The notes below the pieces were generated by a model. It was not told the DNA's origin, searched no databases, and worked only from the letters and a program-made list of their open reading frames with translations. Both the position numbers and the translations under genes were made by a program. Shown here one piece after another: positions 1-13,239 of a DNA stretch of 64,000 nt. How positions within the stretch are numbered: the first letter of the stretch is position 1; each line of letters opens with the position of its first letter. Source of the DNA: Octopus bimaculoides (taxonomy: Eukaryota); assembly GCF_001194135.2 (NCBI RefSeq), contig NC_068990.1, positions 6,440,986-6,504,985 on the forward strand, read 5' to 3'.

Positions 1-759
1 AAATTGCTTAGATTTTTCATGGAATTACCTAAACGCCCGTAAAATTTTTCACCTAGAAAAACTCACGTCTTTGTTGTAAAGTTATAATTTATATATGTAT
101 TGTTTTTTATCGTAGTTCATGAACAAAGGCAATATGTTTCTCACAAGCCAATCACTAGTTCATTACATTTCTGACGGAAAGTGACAAGGATATATCATAA
201 AAATTTCGGCTTCTCAGCGATGTTTTTTAACGAAAGAAAGATGCGCACCTACCTACCTACCCACCCATCCACCTACCTACCTACGTACCTACCTACGTAC
301 CTACCTACGTTCTTACATACATTGCAGGAGTCAACTCGTGTTTGGATATTATCATTTCTTAGACACAATACTTAGCAAATGTTTTCTTGCCGCAGATGAT
401 ATTTGCAACGACTTCAGTCAATCATATCATGTCAATAAGTTGGATATTTCAGTTTATCTGCTGGAATTTGTTCATTTGGGTCGTATACTTTGAACTGGCG
501 TTTTAACTCAGCTTCCGAGCAGCATACTTTATTATACAAGCCACATGCAAAATCAAACCAGAATATTATATTGATTTTCGAAATTATGTGTTCCATCATG
601 CCGTCCATGGCGAAGTTAATTCGCATTTGAAACTGCTTTAAATTCTTTTCAGGGAATGATTCTGCAGTCTCCATACATCGTGCAAAAACTTTTAGTTCAG
701 TATACACTCAAACCATTAGCAATCGGACTTCTCCAACGGCTTGAAATTATTTTTTTTAC

Positions 760-1090
760 TGTATTTTTCAGTCAATCTTTACACCTTTCCTAACGCTTTC
801 CCTAATTCAGCACATCATTGTTTCGGTAATCCACTATGTTTCAGATGAATTATATGACCAAACCACTCAAGCCATTGTTTAATGAAATCTACATTTGACA
901 AATGATCTCATTGCAGCACTTTGAAAAGATTATCATATTGTACCGCGAGCATTGCTGGTGAAAGCGTTCTAGAAGCTGAAGATATCTGTTAAATGTTGTC
1001 CACGCCTTACACGCGTATAACGATACTATAAGCACACATGCTTGATACACAGCTATTCTTGTGCTGGTTTTGATATCTGACTGTGGCAAA
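760..1090 (-). mobile_element. RTE-clade LINE fragment (RT C-terminal region), degenerate
   Basis: IKTSTRIAVYQACVLIVSLYACKAWTT...LLERFHQQC followed by QWLEWFGHI...LPKQ, typical of RTE/BovB ORF ends. Confidence 0.7.
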
Positions 1091-1476
1091 AAAAACTTTT
1101 CCTAACTCACTGAATGCATCTGCAGCTTTTGAAATCCTGTAGCTGATTTCTTTATCAAGGATTGCAAAAGTGTATTACCGTGGTATACAGACTTATTAAT
1201 TAGAGGTATATATACTTATGGAATTCATAAATTATTGGAATGGCAATTCTGTAAGATGCTGTACCAGATGTATCTTTACAACTAAACTTACTCTAGCTTC
1301 TCAACGTTCATTATAAGATCTTCCTTTATAATATACCGTATAAGTAAAAGCATGTTCTTCTATTTGGCTTCCTCAGACAACCTTGTTTCAAATAAAGTAG
1401 CAATATCTATATTGTAGAACATGAATTCTTTGGCAATATGAACAGTTCGCTACTTTGTTCGATCTGAATTTAAGTT

Positions 1477-1632
1477 AAGTTATATTAAATCTCTGAGCGA
1501 AAAATAAACAGTAACAGTGCGGAATCGTAAAGTATATTTGCCAACTAAATGTGGCCACATTTAGTTGGCAAATATATTTTAAGATTCTGTACTGTTACTG
1601 TTTATCTCTCGCTCAGAGATTTAATATAACTT
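1477..1632. repeat. 156-bp loop-less palindrome (78-bp arms, 6 mismatches)
   Basis: Centre TGTGG|CCACA at 1554/1555; the arms were aligned by eye. Confidence 0.95.
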
Positions 1633-2439
1633 ATCTCTCTCTTTTACGAGATCAGAGACAGTGTGTTGCTAGAAGAAGGATATAGTATTTTGCGAGTGGA
1701 ATGAGTTCTTCATCACTAGTCAGCGATTAACACACATTTTATTTAGTTTATTGGTATATTATTTGGTCTCTTTTTACTTCGTCCGCGAGGAAGAAGACAA
1801 CTGCTAGTTGCAAATTTGCTGGTCAGGCAAGCTTTGTTTGGGCCATCTCTTTTAGGTCCTTTCAAATTAATAGATGATTAACGATATACTTAAAAAGAAC
1901 AGTTCGCTAATTGCAGATGCTGCCAAATCTGCCAATTTCCAGACTTTAGGGAAGACGCGACTAGTATCCAAAGCGTACACACATGTTTGCAATTAAATGC
2001 TCTCAGTTTGTTAAGCCCTTATAATTCAAGATTCATCACCGCTTCTGTTTGTGTTCTACGAAGTCCCGAGCAGGAAACTATTTATAATGAATGAAGCGTG
2101 GACAGAACTGCTCTAACTTTTCAGAAAGAACGGTTTTCCTTTGAATGAGCCGACATTGATTAGGAAGAGCAGAAACTGAGTGATTCCCAGGCTTAATATT
2201 AGACTACCTCTCTCCTAAACAGGTATTCTGAAAAGAACTTACGATGTATCACTCTCAAGTAGTCTTCCAGCAAGCGCGTTCACTATTTCTAGATAGTCAC
2301 TGACCTCAATGCTATTTTGAATCGTCCTTTTGTTAGATGCCTGGTTTCTGAATGAAAGAATGAATGAATACCGACGCAGTTGAACAACCAATCCCAACCA
2401 GTTGGGATTCACAGTACAGGTTGTAGTATTAATCCTTTC

Positions 2440-2630
2440 GATCGCTAAATACGAAGCATAGCTCGCCAGTCCTGAATTAACATCTCACCCATGTACGCCA
2501 ATCCACCACAAAGTTACTCATTTGCAGCTTAGTGGACTGGAGCAACGCAAAATGAAGTGTTTTGCACCAGAACACAACGTACACCCAGTCTAGGAATCAA
2601 AATCATGATCTCACTAGGCCACTCGCCTTC
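2440..2630 (-). mobile_element. Old tRNA-derived SINE (family D), degenerate
   Basis: Reverse complement resembles the copies at 4900, 9213 and 13240: a Pol III B-box-like head plus a ttcacgttgctccagtccact-like core. Confidence 0.55.
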
Positions 2631-2974
2631 ACCTACTAAGTTTCTAGTCGTTGGGTCTCGAGCAGCTTTTCTTATCAGATTGCTCCGGCCAAGGGAACGG
2701 TTTAATTGCCAACGGCCTGATTATGTGACAGATTGTACGAGATTATATTAGTAACAGAATTGTTATATGACAGGCATGCAAGCAAGATGCAATGTGTGCG
2801 ATAGTACATACATGCATGCATGCATACATACACGCATTCACACACACACATACGTACACACATGCACGTATATATATATATGTGTGTGTGCGCCGTACAT
2901 ACGTGTATATCTGTGGCGGCTTCCTATACAGTTTACGTCTACCAATTTCCATTACAAAATATTGATTATCAATT

Positions 2975-3095
2975 GACCCAAAGATTCACCAAAGGATTCA
3001 CCCAAGGCTGGAGATACTTTCCCAAGCTGCATCGCAATGGAACTGAACCCGGAACCAAATGTTACGGAACAAACTTCATGAACACATAGCCATAG
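2975..3095 (-). mobile_element. SINE family B, degenerate 5' part
   Basis: gaactgaacccggaacca...catagcc matches the reverse complement of the head at 50891. Confidence 0.55.
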
Positions 3096-4453
3096 TTGAT
3101 GGAAGTTACACTTTGAATATTTCTCAACACTATGCTATTAATTTCCGAACATAAAATACGCTAAAATATGCCTGGAACTTTCTGTATGCATTCACAGAAA
3201 ATAACCACAAGAACACGCCCAATGCTATAAATACATGTGAAGTTCATATGATTTATTATTAACTCGCTTCCCAACTCTTTGTGTCTCTCTTTTTCTTCCT
3301 CTCTCTCTCTATATATATTTGTACACACAACCCTTCCACACACACACACAGATATGGATTAAAAGTGCTAAGCTGTTATTTATATAAACTTATTTTTTTC
3401 GGTAACCAGTTCAAATACGTTCGAGACATATTCGAACCCTAAGAAGGCCATTCACTGCATTTTGTCACGGAAAAATATTCTCGAGGAAGGAGATAATAAC
3501 TGTGTAATGCACACACACACACACACATACCACACACACACACACACGGAATTTAATGTCAATAAGATATGTCTTCATTCAATATTAACACAGGATACAG
3601 AAGTTCTATTTAAGTTCTTCGCAAATATACCAACTGTACTCAGAAAGAGTACATTATTTGATGGCATCTGTTGCACCGAACGTTTCGTTCCTTCAGTATG
3701 CTTTAATTGGCTAACATCATAGAATTCTTGTTGAGGTTTCTTAAATATGTGCTTTGGTTATAAAAGAATATGGTTAAAGTTTTTATAACCTTTCATAACT
3801 GCAGCACGTCTTTCGACAATTCCAAGATGCCACGACTCGAATCAGATAAAGGATTCTTTAAAAATCATGACCATACGTCAACGGATTGAAAAATACAAGC
3901 TTTGCACAACAGGAGGAGCACATGTTTTATGGGTTTTACAATGCCTAGTATCTGAACATTAGAACTGAAATATTTAGAAGGCGACCTCATGCAGATAAAT
4001 ATATCATTGCTCAGTAGAAAATTCTGCCATCGCTAGGCTTCTACTCTGACAGACACTGGCAAACCTCCACTATGGACACACACGCATACATTTGATAGTT
4101 ATCATTCTAAAGTCCACTGATCTTTCTACAATTTGATACTGAATTATATATATATTCAAACACTCGGGTTAAATACATACATACATAAGTACGGACGTAG
4201 GTACGTAAGTGTATATGTATGTGTGTGTATTGTGTGTGTGTGTGTGTATTTCATTGTGTGTACATGAGCACGCGCGCGTGTGTATAAATATCCATTTCAT
4301 GCCAATTTTTATGAACGTACATTCTTTACAATTCGACAAATGTAACTTTTAAAGTAAATGAGTTATCATCCCTTGTTCACGTTTTTTTCGTTTAGAGTCT
4401 TATATTTTGTGATACATCTGCCCTTCATGTCAAATTTGGCTAGATTTCTAGCT

Positions 4454-4456
<3 letters not shown>

Positions 4457-4497
<41 letters not shown>

Positions 4498-4574
4498 NNN
4501 NNNNNNNNNNNNNNNNNNNNNNNNNNNNNNNNNNNNNNNNNNNNNATATATGTATGTATGTGTGTGTGTGTGTG

Positions 4575-4605
<31 letters not shown>

Positions 4606-4623
4606 GTGTGTGTGTGTGTGTGT
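4457..4623. repeat. (TA)n-gap-(TG)n microsatellite, representative of dozens of (TA)n, (CA)n, (CT)n, (CATA)n and (CCTA)n arrays in the window
   Basis: Seen directly. Others include 246-310, 7598-7628, 18318-18385, 21040-21083, 27491-27546, 39320-39418 and 47510-47660. Confidence 0.97.
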
Positions 4624-4899
4624 ATGGAGCCAGAAAGCTTAAGAAGACAAGCAAAAGACAAGAGCACTGAAAACACATTGTGTTAGTAGTTTGAAATATA
4701 TTTGAATTACTCAAGTTTAAAAACCACAAAAAAAAAGCATGCCTGATCGTTCAATATAATGATTCTAAGTTGTGAGACAACCACAGCTTCTAAACAAAGC
4801 TATTATAACACCGAGATCTCGTCTAACAGTTGGTTTCTTCACACAATCCAAATTAATACAGACAAGATTTGCACATTATTACTTGACAATCAGCCTTAT

Positions 4900-5075
4900 T
4901 TAGAAACGTTAAACAAATGACTCTCGATCCTAAGATCATAGTTTCAATTCCCGGCCAGGGAGGCGCTTTGTGTAAGACATTCTACTTCACGTTGCTCCAA
5001 TTCACTCAGATGAAAATGAGTAACAGCTTCAGCAGGGGCTGAATTCTGCGACGGACTGACGTTCCGTTTCGGGAA
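4900..5075 (+). mobile_element. SINE family D, degenerate
   Basis: gatcatagtttcaattcc...ttcacgttgctccaattcactcag. Confidence 0.55.
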
Positions 5076-6191
5076 AAAAAGTATTGTACTCTCTTCATTT
5101 TTATGCCATGGAAAACCAAGTTAATTCCAGCCTAATTATCCTAGCTAGTGACAAGCATACACACCCACGGACATGTATACATCTCTACGGATCTCTCTCT
5201 ATCAATCAATCAATTTATCTCCCTCTCTCTCCCCACCTCCCTCCATCTATCTATCTATCTATCTATCTATACATGAAAGGTTCAGAAAACATTATTCAGA
5301 ACTTCACTTGTCAATCTTCGGATCTACCGTCCGAAGATTGGTAATGAGAAACTCGGAGTAACAGTTACTAAAATTTCCAGCTTCTAATGAATAAGAAAGA
5401 ACTCTATGGTTCGTTTTGAGGTCTTACTTTTACATTTCTTGTTCACACAATCTTTTGCTGCAGAAACATATATACAAAAATGCGCTGTGTGCAATTATGA
5501 GTCAACAGCTCCTTCGTAGACAAGCTTCACGTGGGATTTTGTTAACATTGCTCATTTATTGTTTTCTGTTTTTCTTCACCTTTCCTTCTCTGTTTCCACT
5601 ATACACTCATTTCAGAAGAAAGACAATGTCGAAACATAACTAATTACTTCCGTTTCTCTGAGTCTAATAATTTTGATCTTGAACTCATCCCATCTTCTTG
5701 TTTCTTTTTGTGTGTTTTTTTTATTCTTTTGTCATCTATTTACACACATGCATACATACATACATACATATAAAATAAACCACACTTACAAGCACTCACT
5801 CACGAACACACACATATGTTTATGTATGATAGTACACGAACCTCACAATGTACATCTGGTAATCGAGGTATTTAGTCGCTGAGTGTGCCGTACAACTAAG
5901 CAGAAATTAGTTGGGCCTATGACTAGCGTCTATGTACAATATATAAGCGGAAATAATGGCTCTCGAATATAGCTAAATAAAGAATAAACAAACAAACTTT
6001 TAAATGTTTGTTGAATATTCACATTAATATGATGATTAATGTGAAAGTATATTTAGAAACTATGCAGGCCACTGATAATCTACATATGATAATTAAAGAT
6101 CGCATTCAAGATATCTAAGCCGAATTTTTCTTTCAAAAACCAAAGCAATAATTTAACATTATCTAGAATTAATGAAATTTCTTTTTAACAA

Positions 6192-6197
6192 TTTATT
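6192..6197 (-). promoter_or_regulatory. Candidate polyadenylation signal AATAAA for VGAT
   Basis: TTTATT on the plus strand about 240 nt past the stop codon. The hexamer is common in this AT-rich DNA and the true 3' end is unknown. Confidence 0.25.
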
Positions 6198-6437
6198 ACT
6201 ATTGAGTGTTCAGTATTCATTTTCATCTTAGAGGAGGGATTGCAGGATATAAAATGCATAGAGCTGTCTCTTGATTTTGACAAAAATATAGAAACTCTAT
6301 TCTATACATCTTTTGAAGAACATGATATATCAGTAAATAACGGCAACATCACTATTCAAAGTCAAAATGCATGAAACCAAAATATTTTAAAAACAGATAT
6401 ATTTTGGAACAGCAATAACATATGTAAAATCCTTAGC

Positions 6438-7452
6438 CTATAGACTTTTGTGAAAGTCCCTCGCATGAAATGGTGTTGTTGGTATACCACGGAAAGCTAG
6501 ACTAAGTGCCCTGAAAGAATAATATATTCCAATGGAACCTACAACAACGCCGATTATAATGATACTGATATCTAATACTTTTGTGTACCATGGAAGTATT
6601 TTGCCTTTAATTTTGATATGAAAGAAACACGGCCAAACAAAAGAAAGCATAGTGCCAGTGAAGCTACCAATCAAACCCATAAGTATTGCGAAATGAGGAA
6701 TAAATATAGCCATTACCATTGTTGCTAGGACAAGACCAATTCTCAGACATCCTGCCCATATTTTGAGGCGACAGTTCTCGTCAAAACAAGAAGGAAAATA
6801 AGTCGAAGGTTTTCCGTTGAAATATGTAGTCTGAATCATCTCCACAGCTGCATAGTATGGAAGTGGATAGGAAAGAGTGGATTTTGCTACAAGAATTAAA
6901 TTGACGATAATCTTTAGGCCCTGAGTTGGTAAATTATTTGTGATCACTTCCTGCGTTCCATTTCCCCATGTTAAGAAACAGATATACGAGAACAACACTT
7001 TGAAAAATGCTGCTGCGATGTGAGTCCAATGCATCATGCAGTGAAACCGGGAACGATCTTCCATGTTTTCTTCTAGTGTTGGTAGAAATATTTGTGAGGT
7101 ATAGCTGAAAACTACAATACCAATGGAAATGGGGAATGTCCAAATATCAACTTTAATTTGGACTGTTTTCCACTGCCATTCGGAGGCCCGTGTAAAGCAA
7201 AAAATTAAAATAAATGCATTAATTGCCATATGAGCCATGGTGCACCAAAAACTGAGCCAAGAGACACCACGCAAGGACTTTAAAAAAGCGTAGCTCAGTA
7301 GCGGAGTTGTTGCAATCATTATCCAGAATGTGAGACTGATAGGCGACTCAGGGAAACTTCCCAAAATCAGTTCCCCGCTGAGTAATACGTACAGAATGCA
7401 AGTCATTAGTAATTCTATCAGCTGAGCGACGTTGACGATCTTACCACCGAAT
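6438..7452 (-). CDS. SLC32A1: VGAT coding exon 3 to stop codon
   Basis: Acceptor ttttgtttcag|A completes the AGA codon and gives RFGGKIVNVAQLIELLMTCILY (VGAT ELxMTCILY motif with the conserved Glu). Also SYTSQIFLPTLE and LSYPLPYYAA motifs and multiple TM helices. TAG at 6440..6438. Spliced total is 511 aa. Confidence 0.97.
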
Positions 7453-7593
7453 CTGAAACAAAAATATTAAAATGTAAGGATTTGGTATAAACGAAAAGAC
7501 ATCATTTTAAAAGCAAGTTAAATTTGAAAACAAGTAGAATACATTTTCTTTCAGCTGCCATAGGAATAGAATTAATTTATTTTCACTATGCTT

Positions 7594-7633
<40 letters not shown>

Positions 7634-7812
7634 TATAGAGGGAATTGGGGCGGAAAGGCAATCGCTTATACGTTTCCAAGGAGCTTCAAAAATGAGTGAT
7701 CTGATTTGGCTTTAATAGGAATCGAAACCGGCACAATAATAACTTAAATGTATTCGACGACGCTCACTACACGCGCGCGCACACACACACAAACACACAC
7801 ACACACACACAC

Positions 7813-8930
7813 ACGAGAGTGGGCAGAAAAGTTCATCATCTAACTTTGAATGAGTGATGCTAGAGCTGTGAAATTTTGCATGCACTAATTTCAAGTTTCC
7901 TTAATAACCGCATTGTTTCTTTTCCAGGTAACTCGAAATCTTACTATTCAAAGAAGACTTCAAAAGTAACCCATAGCGACTTCTCTTGAAAATGGACAAA
8001 ATTTGGCATCGTGGTGCTACGAAGCACCGGCAGAAAAACGGTTTGGCCCCCAAGGACATGCATGCTGACATGGCTGCTATATTAGGGAACGACACTCTAG
8101 CTTTATCAACAAGGTAAAAGTGGGCAGCTGAATTTAGGAGGGGAAGGGAGTCTTGTAGATAACTCAAGGTCCGGACGTACTGCAACTACCACTACTGAGG
8201 AAAACATTGATCGTGTTCAGCACATGGTGATGGATGGCGGCCGTTTGACTATAAATCAATAGCCAATTCCATGAGTATATCTCATGAAAAAGTTGAGAAT
8301 ATTTTGCACAATGAACTTAGCATTGTGGAGGCGCAACGGCCCAGTGGTTAGGGCAGCGGACTCGCGGTCATAGCATCGCGGTTTCGATTCCCAGACCGGG
8401 CGTTGTGAGTGTTTATTGAGCGAAAACACCTAAAAGCTCCACGAGGCTCTGGCAGGGGATGGTGGCGAACCCTGCTGTACACTTCCACCACAACTTTCTC
8501 TCACTCTTTCTTCCTGTTTCTGTTGTACCTGTATTTCAAAGGGTCAACCTTGTCACACTGTGTCACGCTGAATATCCCCGTGAACTACGTTAAGGGTACA
8601 TGTGTTTGTGGAGTGCTCAGCCACTTGCACGTTAATTTCACAAGCAGGCTGTTCCGTTGATCGGATCAACTGGAACCCTCGACGTCGTAAGCGACGGAGT
8701 GCCAACCACTACCACCACCACGAACTTAGCATGACGAACGTTTCTGTTCTGTGGATACTACATCTTCTGACATCTGATCAAAAGCACATAGGGCTGATCA
8801 CATCACAAGGAAATCTGACATTGTTTGAAGCAGGTCCACTGGTTTCGTTGAACGTTTCCTAAACCAAGATGAGTGTTGAGTTATTCACTTTGAGCCAGAC
8901 AAAGAGACAATCCATATAGTCATATTTTAA
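7813..8930 (+). mobile_element. Mariner transposon, 5' portion, interrupted by a SINE
   Basis: TIR-like start cgagagtgggcagaaaagttc. ATG at 7992, MDKIWHRG...GLAPKDMHADM...TTEENIDRV...ILHNELSM|SINE|TNVSVLW...LTSDQK. Several frameshifts and stops. Confidence 0.8.
8324..8721 (+). mobile_element. tRNA-derived SINE family A, copy 1
   Basis: A-box and B-box (GGTTTCGATTCC) head; about 390-bp body shared by six copies. 11-bp TSD GAACTTAGCAT at 8313-8323 and 8722-8732. Confidence 0.93.
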
Positions 8931-9212
8931 AAATCTATTTCCGAATGAATTGCATATTAGCAGTTGACAGCACCAATGCACATGGATTTCATTTGGTGGG
9001 ATTCTTTTGCTCTGGAAAATTCTCTGAAAATTTCTGTGAGAGATGAGCTCTACACTGATGCGCTAATTATTGATTGCATATTATTTGATTTGATTTAAGT
9101 ATTTTGATTGAACATTTGTATGAAAGATAAAATATTAAAAAAAATTTTCAAAACAGTTCTCTGTCGAATAACTTATGAAAACTTCATTTTCCAGAATCGT
9201 AATATGTGATGT

Positions 9213-9400
9213 TGAAGGTGCGTGGCCTTGGAGTTAGATCGTTGTACTCATGATATTAAGATCATAGTTTCGATTCCTGAACTGGGCGGTGTGTTGCGTT
9301 CTTGAGCAAATGCTTAATTTCACGCTGCCTCAGTCGACTCCGCTGTAAATGCACAACCTTGCAAAGGACCATCAGGAGGAATGTTGATACTTCGGTCACT
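9213..9400 (+). mobile_element. SINE family D, degenerate
   Basis: gatcatagtttcgattcc...gttcttgagcaa...ttcacgctg. Confidence 0.55.
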
Positions 9401-10551
9401 CATACATTATGAAAACCAGATAACCGGCCCATTGTATCTTCAGGTTCAAGACTGAACTATTTAATATCATGTGTTTAAAATATATACCCCACCTGCTCCC
9501 CAACATCATAAAAAATCGAAAACGTTATAAATGAAAAGGTTGCGGCTGGTTACGTATTCCAAAATGGAGAATGGATGAGAGAAATGAAACAATTAAAGTT
9601 TTGAAAAATGGGTTTTTGCATTATTGTAATTCTCCAATGTTTAAGACGTGGTTATGAAAAAAGTGGAAAAAAATACCTGTCAAAAACAAAAATAAAAATG
9701 TTACCAGATGGAACGGGGAAAGGAGTAAAAAATGGAAATTACTGAAATTCTGAATTTTTGTTTCAAAATCGTAAACATCTACGATCAAAAAAGAAATCCG
9801 AAGAAATTTCCAGAAAAGAAAAGATGTGTTGGTGATAGCGATGAGTGGAACTATGACTCTAGACTGCAAAATGTTTTATAAACACTCAGGATTTTGCAAA
9901 TATGAAGTCCTTGTGATAAAATTTAGATATAAAATTTAGTATTGCGTTTGTTCTATGATCCTTAACATTTTTTTTCTCAGTAAAGAAACATTTCAAACTG
10001 TGACACAGAAAGTAACGTGTTGTATCTGCCCTTATTATTTTAGTTTGCGTTCTGAATTCATTTACTACAAAGATTTAATTTACTTCTCATTTCACCCAAG
10101 TCGCGAAAATTAATAATCGTGAACATGGGTCGATTGAGTGAATTATAGCCTTCACCAAAAAGTTAAGAGAAATCAATATTTTTAACTGTAAAGATGCGTC
10201 AGCAGAAACCTAAAGCTTCGGATTCCATTCTTGCAGAATTTAGCTGTACTTTTCCAATTCTTCACCCTTTCAGTTAAAATTACAAGATTTTCATTCTCGT
10301 GAGGTTTTATAAAATGTAATATAGTTATTAATTCAATTAACTATGCAAAATTAGTCTTGGTGCTTTATCGAAAGAAATGTTTAACCGTAAGTAAAATTTA
10401 TATAAAGTATAAAAATTATTAGTATAATGATTTGGTTATAGAATGAATATATCTGGGAATCATTTAATTTTAAAACACAAGGTTTAAAGATTCTATTAAA
10501 TTTTGAGCAAGACAAAACTGATATTTAAGAAATATATTACCAAATACTAAC

Positions 10552-10751
10552 CTTTTCCCCATGGCTTCTTCAGCAATTTCCACGTAGCTGTGTCTGACAC
10601 GTACTAAATAACCATTTGAATCTACTTCATACAGACATTCCACCAATATTTTACCGGTATGACAACAAATGTAGGCCACAACAATCATAGATACGAGAGC
10701 CCAGTAACCTCCTTGGACAACAGTGTAGGGAAAACTAACTATGAACATTCC
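10552..10751 (-). CDS. SLC32A1: VGAT coding exon 2 (GMFIVSFP...EEAMGK)
   Basis: U-rich acceptor ttttttgtag|GGA ATG TTC continues NAIQ|GMF. Encodes GMFIVSFPYTVVQGGYW...CCHTGKILVECLYE (VGAT TM1-2). 200 nt, phase-2 donor AAAAG|GTTAGT. Confidence 0.95.
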
Positions 10752-11087
10752 CTACAAAAAAACAAAAAAACAACAACAAATATAAGCAAAAAAGTAAGCA
10801 AAAAAAACAAAAAAACAATTTTTTTCTTAATTACAATTCATATCAGCGGTAACTTCACAAGAAAAACAATAGCAGTTAAGAGTGTTAAAGAAAATATTGG
10901 AAATTTTGCTTACATTAAGTTGTTGTTATGAAATTTGAAACTGCTTGAATGGTGGACATTTTAGAAGTACTTTAATTATAGCTACACTGCATCAAACGCA
11001 TACATTCGTGCTTGCACATATTAACGTACGCACACACACACGCACGCACGCACGCACACACACACACACACAATACTACCTTTAAAT

Positions 11088-11092
11088 CCGTC

Positions 11093-11135
<43 letters not shown>

Positions 11136-11368
11136 TATATATATATATATATATCTGTATATATGTATGTGTGTTTGTGTGTCTGTGTTTGTCCCCCAAT
11201 TGACAATCGATGCTGGCGTGTTTAGTCCCCGTAACTTAGTGGTTCGGCAAAGAGGCCGATAGAATAAGTACTAGGCTTACAGAGAATATGTTCTGGGGTC
11301 GATTTGTTCGACTGAAGGCGATGCTCCAGCACGGCTACAGTCAACTGACTGAAACAAATAAAAGAATA
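11088..11368 (+). mobile_element. SINE family B, 3' half with internal (TA)n/(TG)n
   Basis: ccgtcgt-(TA)n-gtgtctgtgtttgtccccc...cgtaacttag...gatagaataagtactaggctta...gactgaaacaa matches 50891 and 55801. Confidence 0.85.
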
Positions 11369-13239
11369 CCTTCTACGGATTGCTCGAAGCTTACAGACTT
11401 CTTACACCTTGTCCCTTGGATCTTACTGTTTATGCAGAAATGACTTCTAACCTTATCCCGTACCATTCAGAGCGACTAAGATTTAATACGTTCAAAAGTT
11501 GTGACTTTAAGATTGCTGTAAAGGCCATTACTAATATAGTCAAATTGTTAAGACAGTCTAAATGCAGACATTTAGAGCCGTTATAGAAGACCAAGCAAAT
11601 TTTCAAAATTTCGCCCCACTATTCTTTAAAATTTACCTAGAAATATTGGTAAGAGAAATTTCAGAATATCTTCTGATTCAGAGACATATAACTGTGCTAC
11701 TGTATTTTACAATGACGCCCTAATCAGAAGCAGCTTCACCGATAGCATAGATTTCATTCCTCCACGCACATTCCCGAACAGTATCAGATAAACGAAAGCT
11801 ATAAAACTCTCCTTTCAGTTTAAATGTCAGTTCTAACATTATCCGATCATTTCTAAGTGAACCGTTCCCTGCTTGCCATAAGTTCCATTAAAACCTTAAA
11901 TAAGTCACAGGGCACCGATAGTTTCACCACCTCATTTGCTTGTATTAATTGAAAGTTATTAGCTTACATATTTTCAAAATTATTGACAGGCATAGATTAT
12001 ATTTAAGATTTAGAATAATAAGGTTGTTATGGTGTTGTTTCCTTTCAGGCTTTTATAGATAATTTCATTTTTCATTATAATTTTTCTCCTTATACCTTTC
12101 CTCTACTTAGACAAACCATTTTAAATTAAAGTAATCGCGTCTGTATTCAGTTTGAAATCAATGCCATTACGGGCAGGTATTTTTCTTTTGCATTATCTAA
12201 TCCTTTATAATACTCTAAGGAGGAGAGGAAGTACTCTGGAGAAAATGTAAAAATCGGATAGATGGGAAGGGTTTACAGTAGATAATTTATCAATCTTTTT
12301 TTCCTTTCCTTATTCTTCCTCACCTCATCGTTTTACTGATTAATTAATTATTTATTTTTTATTATGATTGGCCAAACCATCGGTTCTTATATTCATTCTT
12401 TCGTGTAAATTGGTTTCATAAGATACGTTTGATCGTCTTTCTTCTAACATTCAAATACAAATTCACACATTTGTATATCACGAAGAAGCATGGGAATTTT
12501 TCATCTCTTTGTAAGTTGAAAATTCCAAAGATGTTTTTGAAGTGAATCAAGTTTTCCTTAGAAAAATTTCAGCTACTTGTTACAAATAGAATTCTAAGCG
12601 AATATTTTTCCTTTCAGTTTTAAATTTAGAAATCATCTTAGTAATGAATAATGAAGTGTTGATGACGAATCGGAAAAAGCAATGATAGAAAAGCAAAACA
12701 GAAAAGAAAAAAATGAATTTCAAATACAATGACAAGAGGCAACAGCAAGAAAAGGAATAAATTCAATTTTTTATTACTATTGCCGCCTTGTCTCGAAAAT
12801 CAGAAATTGCAGGGTGCAGATTTCATAGGTATTGCTTCTCTACGAATCATATAAAGGTTTCTTTTCATCACATTTACACATGTGTCATCGTATGTATTTC
12901 TTACGAATTATCATATATCTATTGCGACACACACACACGTAGACACGCACACATACAAGTATATGTATATACAAATATACATATATAAAGGCACGAGGAT
13001 GTACACACACACACACGTGCTGTGTCGCAATAATATGTTAATATCAAATAAACAATTAGATATTCCTTTATCAGAAATTAGTAAATAACCGGATCTCTTT
13101 GTCTAAATTGTGTATGCATCTTTGGGTTGTTTCGAACCTCTACACAAGGCCTTTCAGTGGAAACTGGAGTGTATATAATAAGTACAAGTTCTATACTTTG
13201 CTGTCACTTACAAGACAGTATGTTCTGGTAGCAGAGGGT

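Larger units (their letters stand above)
7453..10551 (-). other. VGAT intron 2 (3099 bp, phase 2)
   Basis: GTTAGT donor and TTTCAG acceptor; the frame is restored across the junction. Confidence 0.92.

Noticed and set aside
5312-5340. 11-bp perfect hairpin CAATCTTCGGA-tctaccg-TCCGAAGATTG
   Set aside because: Too short for a miRNA precursor, lies in decayed repeat-like sequence, and has no supporting context.
8324-8400. tRNA-like heads with A and B boxes
   Set aside because: They continue into SINE bodies with TSDs and do not form complete cloverleafs, so they are not tRNA genes.
10470-10551. ORF extension LVFGNIFLKYQF... after exon 2
   Set aside because: Intron read-through; VGAT homology resumes only in exon 3 through the phase-2 junction.
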